The translations under genes were made by a program, and so were the position numbers. This document shows, in pieces, positions 35,753-45,173 of a stretch of 64,000 bases of DNA. The notes under the pieces were generated by a model. The model was given only the letters and a program-made list of their open reading frames with translations, ran no database searches and was not told where the DNA came from. Within the stretch, counting starts at the first letter, position 1; each line of letters begins with the position of its first letter. The stretch covers positions 2,649 to 66,648 of the forward strand of contig CALXCO010000008.1 of the NCBI GenBank assembly GCA_944386805.1. Reading direction: 5' to 3'. The stretch is from an uncultured Clostridia bacterium (lineage in GTDB: Bacteria; Bacillota; Clostridia; Oscillospirales; Ruminococcaceae).

Positions 35753-36786
35753 TGCTTGCTTACACCTATACCGCACCGGGAAAATTTGAACTGTGCGAAA
35801 AACCGAAGCCGGTTTTGCTGGACGACCGGGACGCTATCGTAAAAGTTACCCTCGCCAGCATCTGCACCAGTGACCTGCATATCAAGCACGGCTCGGTTCC
35901 GCGTGCCGTCCCCGGCATTACCGTCGGGCATGAGATGGTCGGCATTGTGGAACAGGTCGGCGCTGCTGTCACCACCGTCCGTCCCGGCGACCGGGTCACC
36001 GTCAACGTCGAAACCTTCTGCGGAGAATGCTTCTTCTGCCAAAACGGTTGGGTCAACAACTGTACCGACCCGGACGGAGGCTGGGCACTTGGGTGCCGGA
36101 TTGACGGCGGTCAGGCGGAATATGTCCGTGTCCCCCATGCCGACCAGGGCTTAGATAAAATCCCGGACGGTGTGACCGACCGGCAGGCACTTTTCGTCGG
36201 CGACCTGCTTGCAACCGGGTACTGGGCGGCGCAGATTTCTGAAATCAAGCCGCAAGATACCGTATTGATTCTCGGTGCCGGGCCGACCGGATTGTGCACG
36301 CTCCAATGCGTGCTGCTCAAACACCCGAAACGGATTATTGTCTGTGACCCGGACGTCCAGCGGCTGGATTTTGTTCGCCGCCATTATCCCGATGTGCTGA
36401 CCGTCTCCACCGAAAACCTCGCCGAATTTGTCCGTGCAAACAGCGACCACGGCGGCGCAGATACCGTGCTGGAAGTCGCCGGAAGTGCAACCAGCTTCCG
36501 GATGGCATGGGAATCCGCACGTCCGAATGCGATTGTGACGGTCGTCGCACTCTATGACCAGCCGCAGATTCTGCCGCTGCCGGATATGTACGGCAAAAAC
36601 CTGACCTTCAAAACCGGCGGCGTGGATGGCTGCAACTGTGCCGAAACCCTCCGGCTGATCAAACAGGGTAAAATTGATACGACCCCGCTCATCACCCATA
36701 CATTCCCGCTGCGGGAGATTGAGGCAGCTTATGCGCTGTTTGAAAACCGGCAGGACGGTGTCATCAAGGTCGCAATCGAGTGCTGA
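35752..36786 (+). CDS. Zinc-dependent alcohol dehydrogenase family protein
   Basis: 344 aa. GHEMVGIV and structural-zinc CGECFFC motifs. Start overlaps the arsC stop (TAATG). Confidence 0.9.
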   Translation: MLAYTYTAPGKFELCEKPKPVLLDDRDAIVKVTLASICTSDLHIKHGSVPRAVPGITVGHEMVGIVEQVGAAVTTVRPGDRVTVNVETFCGECFFCQNGWVNNCTDPDGGWALGCRIDGGQAEYVRVPHADQGLDKIPDGVTDRQALFVGDLLATGYWAAQISEIKPQDTVLILGAGPTGLCTLQCVLLKHPKRIIVCDPDVQRLDFVRRHYPDVLTVSTENLAEFVRANSDHGGADTVLEVAGSATSFRMAWESARPNAIVTVVALYDQPQILPLPDMYGKNLTFKTGGVDGCNCAETLRLIKQGKIDTTPLITHTFPLREIEAAYALFENRQDGVIKVAIEC

Positions 36787-36790
36787 TCGT

Positions 36791-37507
36791 TTACTGGTTA
36801 TTCTCTTCCAGTTTCCAGCCGTAATCGTTGTGATAGATCATCAAATGGGTCATGCCGCCGTCGATGCAGATGTTTTCGCCGGTGATAAACCCGGCTTTGT
36901 CCGACGCCAAAAACAGCACCATATTTGCAATGTCCAGCGGGTTTCCGACCCGTCCGGCAGGCTGCTGAAACGCATCCGGGCCGTGATATTCGGTAAAATC
37001 GGTGTCAATCCAGCCCGGTGAAATCGAGTTGACCCGGACTTTGCCGGACAGGCTGACCGCTAAGGCATGGGTCAGTGCCGAAATGCCGCCCTTTGCAGCG
37101 GTATAGCTTTCGGTCTGCGGCTGGCTCATCCGGTCGCGGGAAGAGGAAATGTTGATAATCGACGCGCCGGGCGCAAAGTATTTTGCAAATAATTTCGTCA
37201 GGTAAAAAGGCGCGGTCACGCCGACCCGCAGGGCATAATTAAACTGCTCATAACTGCATGTATCCAGACCTTTCATCACCGGCAGGGCGTTGTTGACCAG
37301 CACGTCCACCCGGCCATAATCGGCGATCACCTTGTCCGCAAACGCCTCCAGCACCTTCTGCTCCCCTACATCTCCGACAAAATAGTCGTTCGGCAGCAGG
37401 TCGATGATGCAGACATGGGCACCGGCTTTTCGGAATTCTTCCGCAATGGTTTTTCCAATCCCTTTTGCGCCGCCTGTCACGACGACGACCCGATCTTTGA
37501 ACATCAT
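36791..37507 (-). CDS. SDR family oxidoreductase
   Basis: 238 aa. TGGAKGIG and YTAAKGG motifs. Confidence 0.9.
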   Translation of the reverse strand: MMFKDRVVVVTGGAKGIGKTIAEEFRKAGAHVCIIDLLPNDYFVGDVGEQKVLEAFADKVIADYGRVDVLVNNALPVMKGLDTCSYEQFNYALRVGVTAPFYLTKLFAKYFAPGASIINISSSRDRMSQPQTESYTAAKGGISALTHALAVSLSGKVRVNSISPGWIDTDFTEYHGPDAFQQPAGRVGNPLDIANMVLFLASDKAGFITGENICIDGGMTHLMIYHNDYGWKLEENNQ

Positions 37508-37612
37508 AACCGTTTCCTCCTATTTATAAACAGTAAAAACAGACCTGTATCCGACCGTAAAAAGGCCGGGTGCAGGTCTGTTGATTTTATTGCAGCCAGA
37601 TTTGGCAGACGC

Positions 37613-38545
37613 TCAGTCCTTTTGCTGCGCCAGATATTCCTCTGCATAGTACACAGCCACCGCTCCATCCGCGACCGCCGTTACAACCTGCCGGAGTGCC
37701 TTTGTCCGGACGTCACCGACCGCAAATACTCCGGGAATGTTGGTCCGGGTGGATTCATCGGCGACAACATACCCGCCCTGATCGAGCGTCAGCTGGTCTT
37801 TGACCAGCTCGGTCGCGGGCTTTCTGCCAATGCTGACAAATACGCCGTCACATTCCACGACGGTCTCTTCACCGGTCTGAACATCTTTCAGTTTCACGCC
37901 GGTAATTTTGTCCTCATGCAGCAGCTCGGTTACAACCGAATTCCAGCGGAATTCGACATTCTCTGCCTGCATCAGCGGTTCATGATAGACCTTTGTCGCA
38001 CGAAGGGTATCCCGGCGGTGGACCAGAATGACCTTTTTGACAAGACGGCTCAGCAACAGCGCATCCTCTGCCGCCGTGTTGCCGCCGCCGACAACGACGA
38101 CCGTTTTGCCACGGTAAAACATCCCGTCGCAGGACGCACAGTATGCGACGCCGCGTCCGACCAGTTCCTTTTCTTCCGGCAGTCCCAGTTCTCTGGGGTT
38201 GGCTCCAGTCGAGAAGACGACGGTTCTGCCGTAAAATGTGCCCTCAGAGGTTTCCACAACCTTCGGGTAAGCATTCAGGTCAACCTTTTTCACCTCAGCG
38301 TAACGGGTCTTTGCGCCAAACCGTTCAGCGCCCTGCTTCATCTTTTCCGCGAGGGTAAACCCGTCAATCCCGTTTTCAAATCCGGGATAGTTGTCAATCT
38401 GATCGGTGAGGGCCATCTGTCCGCCTGCCGAAAATTTTTCCAGCAATACGGTGTCCAGTCCGGCACGGACTGCGTACAGTGCCGCCGTGTATCCGCCGGG
38501 ACCTCCGCCAACAATGACCATATCGTAAACATGATTGTTCGTCAT
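37613..38545 (-). CDS. trxB: Thioredoxin-disulfide reductase
   Basis: 310 aa. GGGPGGYTAA FAD motif and redox CASCDG. Confidence 0.92.
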   Translation of the reverse strand: MTNNHVYDMVIVGGGPGGYTAALYAVRAGLDTVLLEKFSAGGQMALTDQIDNYPGFENGIDGFTLAEKMKQGAERFGAKTRYAEVKKVDLNAYPKVVETSEGTFYGRTVVFSTGANPRELGLPEEKELVGRGVAYCASCDGMFYRGKTVVVVGGGNTAAEDALLLSRLVKKVILVHRRDTLRATKVYHEPLMQAENVEFRWNSVVTELLHEDKITGVKLKDVQTGEETVVECDGVFVSIGRKPATELVKDQLTLDQGGYVVADESTRTNIPGVFAVGDVRTKALRQVVTAVADGAVAVYYAEEYLAQQKD

Positions 38546-38661
38546 GAAAAATCCTCCCTTTATCCATATCTGTATTCAGTATCTCTCTGTTGATTACAGT
38601 TTATCCCAAAACAGAAGACTTTTCTGTGATGTTGTCACGAACAACCACAGAAATGCAAAAA

Positions 38662-39222
38662 TCACACGGCGTCCGGTTCAATCGGATGCAGTATATCCTC
38701 CATATGGTCGATGATAAAATGCTGGGCATCCTCATTGTATAACACCGCAGTATAACCTCCGTATTTTCCGGGCCGATACTCCGATGATATTCCAAGTTCC
38801 TTACCGGCGTCCGTTGGAAGTTTATGACCATGACCTTTTTCATCGGTTTCTACGAACAGAAATCCTTTCTCAACCAGCCAGCCGGTGATTTTAGTAAGAG
38901 ATATTTTCTGCATCATTTTGGAATCTGCCAGAGCATTGACTGGTTCCATAAATTTCCGTATCATAACCGGTTCAGCTGAATAAATGATACAATTGTACAT
39001 TTCATCAGTCATCTGGAACGGTGCTTTCGAGCCTCGGTTCACCTGGCCGCCGTTGTCAATCACCTGCTGCAGCACACCCGATACGTAAAAAAAACACCGT
39101 ATCAGACGTGCCTGGTTAATCACCGAATCTTCCGGGACTTCCTGACCGCTGATCGGGTCAATTCCCTGCGCCAGCTTGTCAATATAGTCCTTTGCGTGCC
39201 TCATAATGTCCAGTTCGGTCAT
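38662..39222 (-). CDS. Hypothetical protein
   Basis: Start taken at ATG 39222 (MTELDIMRHAKDYIDKL), 8 nt after GGAAAGGTGG. I recognise no motif. G+C is visibly lower than the neighbours. Confidence 0.65.
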   Translation of the reverse strand: MTELDIMRHAKDYIDKLAQGIDPISGQEVPEDSVINQARLIRCFFYVSGVLQQVIDNGGQVNRGSKAPFQMTDEMYNCIIYSAEPVMIRKFMEPVNALADSKMMQKISLTKITGWLVEKGFLFVETDEKGHGHKLPTDAGKELGISSEYRPGKYGGYTAVLYNEDAQHFIIDHMEDILHPIEPDAV

Positions 39223-39269
39223 GGAATCGACCACCTTTCCATTTTGTCAGTCGTTATTTGATGCTGGCT

Positions 39270-39983
39270 TTACCGGTAAATACCGCATTTTCCGTATGTA
39301 TACAGCAGGACATTCTCTGCACCCGGAAACGTCAGGCCGGAAGGCTGTCCGATGATTGAACCGTCCTTGATTCCCTGAGCGCATGCAATCAGGTCAGAAA
39401 TAATCTCCGCTGAAACCGGGCAGGTGTTATGACTGGGATAAACGGTATCAAATTTTCCGCTTTCGGCCATCCCACGCAGTTTCAGCAGGCTTTCCAGATA
39501 CTTGTCCGGGTCGCGATGTCCCCCAAACAGATACACCGGACCGTATGAAACCGTATCTCCCGAAAACAAAATGCCCGCCTGCTCGTCCATCAGCGCAATC
39601 GAACCGGGCGTATGACCCGGACACTCCACGACTTTCAGCCGGATTCCGCCAAGGTCGATACAGTCCCCCTCGCTGATTTCAACAATCTCTGTCCCTTCGG
39701 CATAGCGGTCCTGCGTCAGCAGCGGCCGTTCAGCCGGGTGAATATAAATGCGGGAAAAAGCGTTCAAATTGGCGGTATGATCGCCATCGGTATGGCTCAT
39801 GCAGCAGGCGACCGGCAGGTCGGTTACACTGCGTATCATGCCGGCAAAATCTGCCGGGCTGACGCCTGCGTCCAGGCACAGCGCCGACTCTGTCCCCACA
39901 ATCACGAAACTGCGGACCATTTGCTGGTCAATCGCATAAATCCATTCCCCCAGTTTGACCAGGCTTGCCGTGAATTTTTCCAT
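39270..39983 (-). CDS. MBL-fold metallo-hydrolase
   Basis: 237 aa. SHTDGDH and CPGHTPGS motifs. Confidence 0.88.
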   Translation of the reverse strand: MEKFTASLVKLGEWIYAIDQQMVRSFVIVGTESALCLDAGVSPADFAGMIRSVTDLPVACCMSHTDGDHTANLNAFSRIYIHPAERPLLTQDRYAEGTEIVEISEGDCIDLGGIRLKVVECPGHTPGSIALMDEQAGILFSGDTVSYGPVYLFGGHRDPDKYLESLLKLRGMAESGKFDTVYPSHNTCPVSAEIISDLIACAQGIKDGSIIGQPSGLTFPGAENVLLYTYGKCGIYR

Positions 39984-40011
39984 ACCTTTCAGCTCCTTTC
40001 GTGTATTTCCG

Positions 40012-40518
40012 TTAAATCAGTTTCAGGCCGCGCACCGCTGCCTGCAAACCAGCAAAGTCGTCCTGATTTGGATGTCCGACTGCCCTGTCAAAGTTGTCCA
40101 GCATCTGCTCACGGGCAGGAGATGGTTCCATCGCCTGATACCGCTGACGGACTGCATCCGGCATCTGTCCCTGACAGACAAAACTCCCTTCCATCCGTGC
40201 CGCTCCGCTGAGGTTCTTGCGCACATTGCCCAGAATTTTGGCGTAATATTCGTCCGAACCGCCAAAGCCCGCTGTCCCAAACAGGAAAAACCGCCGGGCA
40301 CCACATTTTTGCAGAAAGTCCGCCATCCCCGCGTCACAGCTGCCCCGGTCGGTCCAGAAGCCTGCAAAAATAATCTCGGCCTGTTTCGCCTTTTCAACCG
40401 CCTCATCGCCCGGCTCTCCATAATATAGGCAGTCCTGTTCCGGCAATAAGGTGTGAATAACCTCCGCAAGCTGACGGGTATTGCCGGTTCTGCTGCTGTA
40501 CACGATGATATATTTCAT
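40012..40518 (-). CDS. Flavodoxin family protein
   Basis: 168 aa. MKYIIVYSSRTGNTRQLAE FMN-binding start. Confidence 0.85.
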   Translation of the reverse strand: MKYIIVYSSRTGNTRQLAEVIHTLLPEQDCLYYGEPGDEAVEKAKQAEIIFAGFWTDRGSCDAGMADFLQKCGARRFFLFGTAGFGGSDEYYAKILGNVRKNLSGAARMEGSFVCQGQMPDAVRQRYQAMEPSPAREQMLDNFDRAVGHPNQDDFAGLQAAVRGLKLI

Positions 40519-40631
40519 CTGCTGCTCCTTTCCGCTATAAAAAATAAGCGCCCATATTTCCCAACCATCAGGCAGTATTGTTGCCTAAAATTTCAGCAAA
40601 TAACCGCCTGATTTTTATTCCATTTGAATTC

Positions 40632-40660
40632 AGTATACTCCCACCTCCCGCCAAAGTCAA
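40632..40660 (-). promoter_or_regulatory. Promoter of the flavodoxin gene
   Basis: TTGACT-N17-TATACT on the minus strand. Predicts a ~115-nt leader with a 10-bp hairpin. Confidence 0.55.
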
Positions 40661-40693
40661 GGCGGATTCGGTAAACATTCCCCGGCTGTCTGT

Positions 40694-40724
40694 AAAAAAA
40701 CAGGAAACCATTTCTGATTTCCTG
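40694..40724 (-). terminator. Terminator after the methyltransferase gene
   Basis: CAGGAAA-loop-TTTCCTG followed by TTTTTTT on the minus strand. Confidence 0.75.
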
Positions 40725-40743
40725 CACACCTAAATGATTCAAT

Positions 40744-41367
40744 TTAGCCGTCATTTTTCAAGGTCAGCAGACCGGCACAGTGTGAGACTGGTTCAAAGCG
40801 CATGTTGGGGAAAGATTTTCTTAACTCGTCAAATACAAAGTAGACCTCATCCTGATCCCATCCATCTCCGGCCTGTTCCCTGCATTTATCCAGTTCGGCA
40901 CGGGTCGCGAACGCAACATCGCCGATATAAATGCAGCCGTCCTCCCTGAGCAGCGGCAATAGTTCGGTCAGAAACCGGACTTTCTGTTCATCGGTCAGGT
41001 GGTGCAGCGAATAGGTCGCGATGATCGAATCGTACCGGTTCTGCTTCAGCTCCTCCACCAGCCCATGCGAAAAATCACCCTGGTACAGGCTGGCCTGCGG
41101 CATTTTTGCCTGTGCGATTTCGATCATTCTGGCGGAAAAATCCTGACCATAGATGCGGCATCCCTGTTCGTACAGTTTTGTCGTCAGTGTGCCGGTGCCG
41201 AATCCGATGTCCAGCACGGTTTTCCCGGTATGGGACAGCACATGATTATAAATCTCATTCAGCAGGTTCCGGTATCCTGCAAAAGGATAGGAACCATCCT
41301 CGTCGGACAGCCCGACACTTTTGTCGTAATCGTCTGCCCATAAATCAAACGCGTGACTATTTAACAT
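40744..41367 (-). CDS. Class I SAM-dependent methyltransferase
   Basis: 207 aa. VLDIGFGTGTL motif I. Confidence 0.88.
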   Translation of the reverse strand: MLNSHAFDLWADDYDKSVGLSDEDGSYPFAGYRNLLNEIYNHVLSHTGKTVLDIGFGTGTLTTKLYEQGCRIYGQDFSARMIEIAQAKMPQASLYQGDFSHGLVEELKQNRYDSIIATYSLHHLTDEQKVRFLTELLPLLREDGCIYIGDVAFATRAELDKCREQAGDGWDQDEVYFVFDELRKSFPNMRFEPVSHCAGLLTLKNDG

Positions 41368-41469
41368 ACATTCTCTCCTGATGTTTTCCGTAACCTAAAT
41401 ATAACCAGAGCCGGTTCCTCTGATGAAATCCACCAGAAAAACCGGCTCCTGCCGTCATCTATAACCTGA

Positions 41470-42714
41470 TTATACCGATGCGGTAATCACACCGGTCAGT
41501 GCAGTCGCGGCAGCAATCGCCGGGCTGCTCAGATAGATATTGACCCCAGAGGTGCCCATCCGGCCGAGGAAGTTGCGGTTGTTGGTCGCAACAACCGTCT
41601 CGCCGTCGGTCAGAATACCGCCTGCACGTCCGCAGCAAAGGCCGCATCCCGGCTGGGTAATAATCGCGCCAGCCTCTGCCAGAATCTCAATATACCCTGC
41701 TTTAATTGCTTCGCGGTAGATGCTCCGGGAAGCCGGGGTGACAATCATCTTGAGACCGGGCGCAATCTTTTTGCCTTTCAAAATCTCGGCTGCAACTGCC
41801 AGATCTTCCAGACGTCCATTGGTGCAGGAACCGAGGAAAACCTGATCGACCTTTGTTCCGGCCTTTTCCGAAACAGGATGGATGTTGTCCACCTGAGAAG
41901 GACATGCCAGTACCGGAACAAAATCCTCTGCATTATAGTGGATGACCCGCTCATAAACCGCGTCTTCATCCGGGCGCACCCATGCGATTTCGTCATACGG
42001 CTGTCCGGTAAATGCGGCGGTCTTCTCGTCGGTCGCGAACAGCGCACATTTTGCGCCGCATTCGATCGACATGTTGGACATCGTCATCCGGGAAGAGATG
42101 CTCATATTGTCAATGCAGCTGCCTGCAAATTCCAGTGCCTTATAGGTCGCGCCGTCGGCGCGCAGGTCGCCGATAATCGTCAGAATGACGTCTTTTGCAT
42201 AGACGCCTTTGGGCAATTTACCGTCAATGACAATCCGAATCGTCTCTGGAACACGGCACCACATCTCACCGGTGCCCAGAATTGCCGCCATCTCGGTATA
42301 ACCGATACCGGACGAGAAGCAGCCGACACAGCCATAAGTGGTGGTATGGGAGTCGGTGCCGAAGACAATCTGACCCGGACGGGCATAGCCCATCTCCGGC
42401 ATCAGCTGGTGACAGATACCGTCGGCACGGTGGAAATGGGTCAGTCCCTGCTCTTTGACAAAGGCGTCGCCAATCTTGAAGTGGCGGACGTCCTCGACGG
42501 CAGAAGTCGGAACCAGATGGTCATAAATCAGGACGACCTTGTCCGGGTCCCAAACTTTGGTGAAGCCCATCTCTTTGAACTTGTCAACAACGAACGGAAT
42601 AAAAATATCGTGAATCATCACCCGGTCAACCTTGACCGTCACGATCTGGCCGGGACGAACGTCCGCAGCGTCGGTTCCCTTCATAATGATCTTTTCAATC
42701 AGTGTATGTCCCAT
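41470..42714 (-). CDS. Aconitase-family dehydratase large subunit (LeuC/HacA-like), copy 1
   Basis: 414 aa. GTDSHTTT, GSCTNGR, PGCGLCCG Fe-S ligand motifs. Confidence 0.9.
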   Translation of the reverse strand: MGHTLIEKIIMKGTDAADVRPGQIVTVKVDRVMIHDIFIPFVVDKFKEMGFTKVWDPDKVVLIYDHLVPTSAVEDVRHFKIGDAFVKEQGLTHFHRADGICHQLMPEMGYARPGQIVFGTDSHTTTYGCVGCFSSGIGYTEMAAILGTGEMWCRVPETIRIVIDGKLPKGVYAKDVILTIIGDLRADGATYKALEFAGSCIDNMSISSRMTMSNMSIECGAKCALFATDEKTAAFTGQPYDEIAWVRPDEDAVYERVIHYNAEDFVPVLACPSQVDNIHPVSEKAGTKVDQVFLGSCTNGRLEDLAVAAEILKGKKIAPGLKMIVTPASRSIYREAIKAGYIEILAEAGAIITQPGCGLCCGRAGGILTDGETVVATNNRNFLGRMGTSGVNIYLSSPAIAAATALTGVITASV

Positions 42715-42727
42715 CGCTTTTTCCTCC

Positions 42728-43216
42728 TCAGATCAGACCGTTGCGCTTCTGCATCGCACGGACCAGGCCGCCTGCCTCCAGAATATCCATCAGGTTCTGC
42801 GGCAATGGGCTGATCGGGAAAGACTCACCGTTATGCACAATCTGATGACCCGGTTCAACCGTGATGGTATCCCCTTCCTGGACATGGTCGTACAGGTCGC
42901 TTTCAATCAGCAGCAGGCCGTTGTTGATCGAGTTGCGGAAGAAGATCCGGGCAAAGCTTTTCGCAATGACACAGGCAACGCCCAGATGACGGATAATCTC
43001 CGGCGCCTGTTCACGGGAAGAACCGCAGCCGAAGTTCTTGCCGGCGACAATGATATCACCCGGCTGAATCTGTCCGGCCAGTTCGGGACGCAAGGGAGAA
43101 AAAGCGTATTTTTTCATATCATCAACCGTTTTGAGTGCCAGATATTCGGTCGGGATAATGATATCGGTGTCGATATCGTCCCCCAGCACCCAGATTTTAC
43201 CGGTAAAAGTGGACAT
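42728..43216 (-). CDS. Aconitase-family dehydratase small subunit (LeuD-like), copy 1
   Basis: 162 aa. GDDIDTDIIIPTEYLAL... and GKNFGCGSSREQA motifs. Confidence 0.9.
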   Translation of the reverse strand: MSTFTGKIWVLGDDIDTDIIIPTEYLALKTVDDMKKYAFSPLRPELAGQIQPGDIIVAGKNFGCGSSREQAPEIIRHLGVACVIAKSFARIFFRNSINNGLLLIESDLYDHVQEGDTITVEPGHQIVHNGESFPISPLPQNLMDILEAGGLVRAMQKRNGLI

Positions 43217-43256
43217 CGTGTTCAGTCTCCTTTATCAAATCAAAATGCAGGCCGGT

Positions 43257-44501
43257 TTACTCGGCGGCAACAATCTTGCCGGCAATCGCCGATGCAGTGA
43301 CTGTCGCGGCGGATGCAAGGTAAACCTTGGAGGTCTTATGTCCGGCACGTCCTTTAAAGTTGCGGGTACCGGTCGAGACAAGGACCTCGTTCTCGCCGAT
43401 GACACCCTGACAGCTGCCCCAGCATACCGAGCAGTTGCAGTTCATCACCATCGCGCCCGATTCCAGCAGCACATCAATAATGCCCTCACGCAGTGCCTGC
43501 AAATAGACTTCATTGGAAGCAGGTGCAACAATAAACCGGACATCGGGATGGACCTTTTTGCCCTTCAGGATTTTAGCGGCAACACGCAGTTCGTCAATCC
43601 GTCCGTTGTTGCAGGAGCCAAGGAACGCCTCGTCGATCTTGACATCGCCCAGTTCCCGCAGCGGAATGACATCATCGACAAAGTCAGGACGTGCTACAAC
43701 CGGTTCGATCTTGTCCAGATCATACTCGTATACCTTGAGGAATTTTGCGTCCGGGTCAGAGACAAACATGTTCTCTGCCTTTCTGCCTCTCGACTCAACA
43801 AATTCCTTTACCTTCTCATCCGGTTCGACAATACCGGTCTTTGCACCGGCTTCGACTGCCAGGTTGCAGAGGACAAAACGGTCATTGACCGACAGGTTGT
43901 GTGCGCCGTCTCCGGCAAATTCCATGCACTTGTAGTTGGCGCCGTTGGCGCCGATATCTCCGATAATCGTCAGAATCAGGTCACGCGGATAGACGCCTTC
44001 CCGCAGTTTGCCGTGCAGGTTAAAGCGCAGTGTCTCCGGGACCATGACCCAGCTGCCGCCGGTGACCATGCCGTACAAAAAGTCGGTGCATCCGACGCCG
44101 GTGCCGAATGCGCCCAGCGCACCATACGAGCAGGTATGGGAATCGGCGCCGAAAATCAGCTGACCGGGTTCGACAAAATCCTCGAACATGATCTGATGGC
44201 AGACGCCTTTGCCCTCATACATCTTGATATTGTTCTCGCGGGCAAATTCCCGCATTTTTTTATGTACCGCTGCCGTCTTGGGGTTTTCGGCAGGGATGTT
44301 GTGGTCGACGATAAAGACCACCTTGCCGGGGTCGGCGATATGGGGGTGTTTGAGTTTGTTCCGGTACATATCGATCGTCAGGTGGGTGGTGCCGTCGTTG
44401 CTCATCAGCCAGTCAAGGTTGACCGAGTGAATCTCGCCCGGCTTTACTTCATCGACTTTCGCGGCACGCGCAATAATTTTTTCCGCAATGGTCATGCCCA
44501 T
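43257..44501 (-). CDS. Aconitase-family dehydratase large subunit (LeuC/HacA-like), copy 2
   Basis: 414 aa. GADSHTCS, GSCNNGR, CNCSVCWG motifs. Clearly diverged from copy 1. Confidence 0.9.
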   Translation of the reverse strand: MGMTIAEKIIARAAKVDEVKPGEIHSVNLDWLMSNDGTTHLTIDMYRNKLKHPHIADPGKVVFIVDHNIPAENPKTAAVHKKMREFARENNIKMYEGKGVCHQIMFEDFVEPGQLIFGADSHTCSYGALGAFGTGVGCTDFLYGMVTGGSWVMVPETLRFNLHGKLREGVYPRDLILTIIGDIGANGANYKCMEFAGDGAHNLSVNDRFVLCNLAVEAGAKTGIVEPDEKVKEFVESRGRKAENMFVSDPDAKFLKVYEYDLDKIEPVVARPDFVDDVIPLRELGDVKIDEAFLGSCNNGRIDELRVAAKILKGKKVHPDVRFIVAPASNEVYLQALREGIIDVLLESGAMVMNCNCSVCWGSCQGVIGENEVLVSTGTRNFKGRAGHKTSKVYLASAATVTASAIAGKIVAAE

Positions 44502-44551
44502 GATTACTTCATCCTTTTTTCTTATTGATATTCTCTTATCCGATCTCTTTG

Positions 44552-45025
44552 TCAGTCGTCCTTATTGAGGAACGCAATCAGCCCGCCGGCGTTCAGAATC
44601 GTCTGCATATACTCCGGCAGTTTGGTGCAGGTAAAGCTGCGGTCACCGACGGTAACGGTACCGTTTCCAAGGTCGACCTCTGCTTCGTCCCCTGCCTGTA
44701 CGTTGTCGGCAAGGTCGGCGCTGACCAGAACCGGCAGGCCGATGTTGATTGCGTTGCGGTAGAAGATGCGGGCAAAGCTGCCGGCAATAATTGCCTTGAC
44801 TCCCAGTGCTTTCAGGACGCTGGGCGCCTGTTCACGGGAAGAGCCGCAGCCGAAGTTCTCTCCGGCGACAATAATATCGCCCGGTTTTACCTGCTGTGCA
44901 AACGTTTCATCCAGCGATTCGAAAGCATGCCCTTTCATCTCATCGATATTCGGCAGCAAAAGATACTGGGAAGCCAGAATCTGGTCGGTATCCACGTCAT
45001 TTTTGAATTTAAAAATCTTGCTCAT
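44552..45025 (-). CDS. Aconitase-family dehydratase small subunit (LeuD-like), copy 2
   Basis: 157 aa. VDTDQILASQYLLL... and GENFGCGSSREQA motifs. Confidence 0.9.
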   Translation of the reverse strand: MSKIFKFKNDVDTDQILASQYLLLPNIDEMKGHAFESLDETFAQQVKPGDIIVAGENFGCGSSREQAPSVLKALGVKAIIAGSFARIFYRNAINIGLPVLVSADLADNVQAGDEAEVDLGNGTVTVGDRSFTCTKLPEYMQTILNAGGLIAFLNKDD

Positions 45026-45104
45026 AACCTGATATCATCCCTTTATCCAACATTTCTGCGTCTGGTCAGAGAAGCTGTGTTCCTGACCGACAACTTTTGT
45101 TTCT

Positions 45105-45133
45105 ATTATAAATGATAAACCCATTTTTGTAAA
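45105..45133 (-). promoter_or_regulatory. Promoter of the aconitase-family operon
   Basis: TTTACA-N17-TATAAT on the minus strand, about 75 nt upstream of ATG 45025. Confidence 0.6.
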
Positions 45134-45151
45134 GACCCGGTGTCCGGGTCT
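45133..45151 (-). terminator. Terminator-like hairpin at the end of the hairpin-dense block
   Basis: AGACCCGG-aca-CCGGGTCT followed by TTTACAAAAAT on the minus strand. There is no U-tail on the plus strand. Confidence 0.5.
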
Positions 45152-45173
45152 GCACAGTGCCTGCACAGTGCCT
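45152..45173. repeat. Tandem 11-nt duplication GCACAGTGCCT x2
   Basis: Read directly. Each unit contains the small palindrome GCAC.GTGC. Confidence 0.9.

Noticed and set aside
40519-40631. Riboswitch in the ~115-nt flavodoxin leader (10-bp hairpin ATCAGGCGGT...ACTGCCTGAT).
   Set aside because: No known riboswitch core (FMN, TPP, SAM, purine, c-di-GMP and others) is visible. A single hairpin is insufficient evidence.
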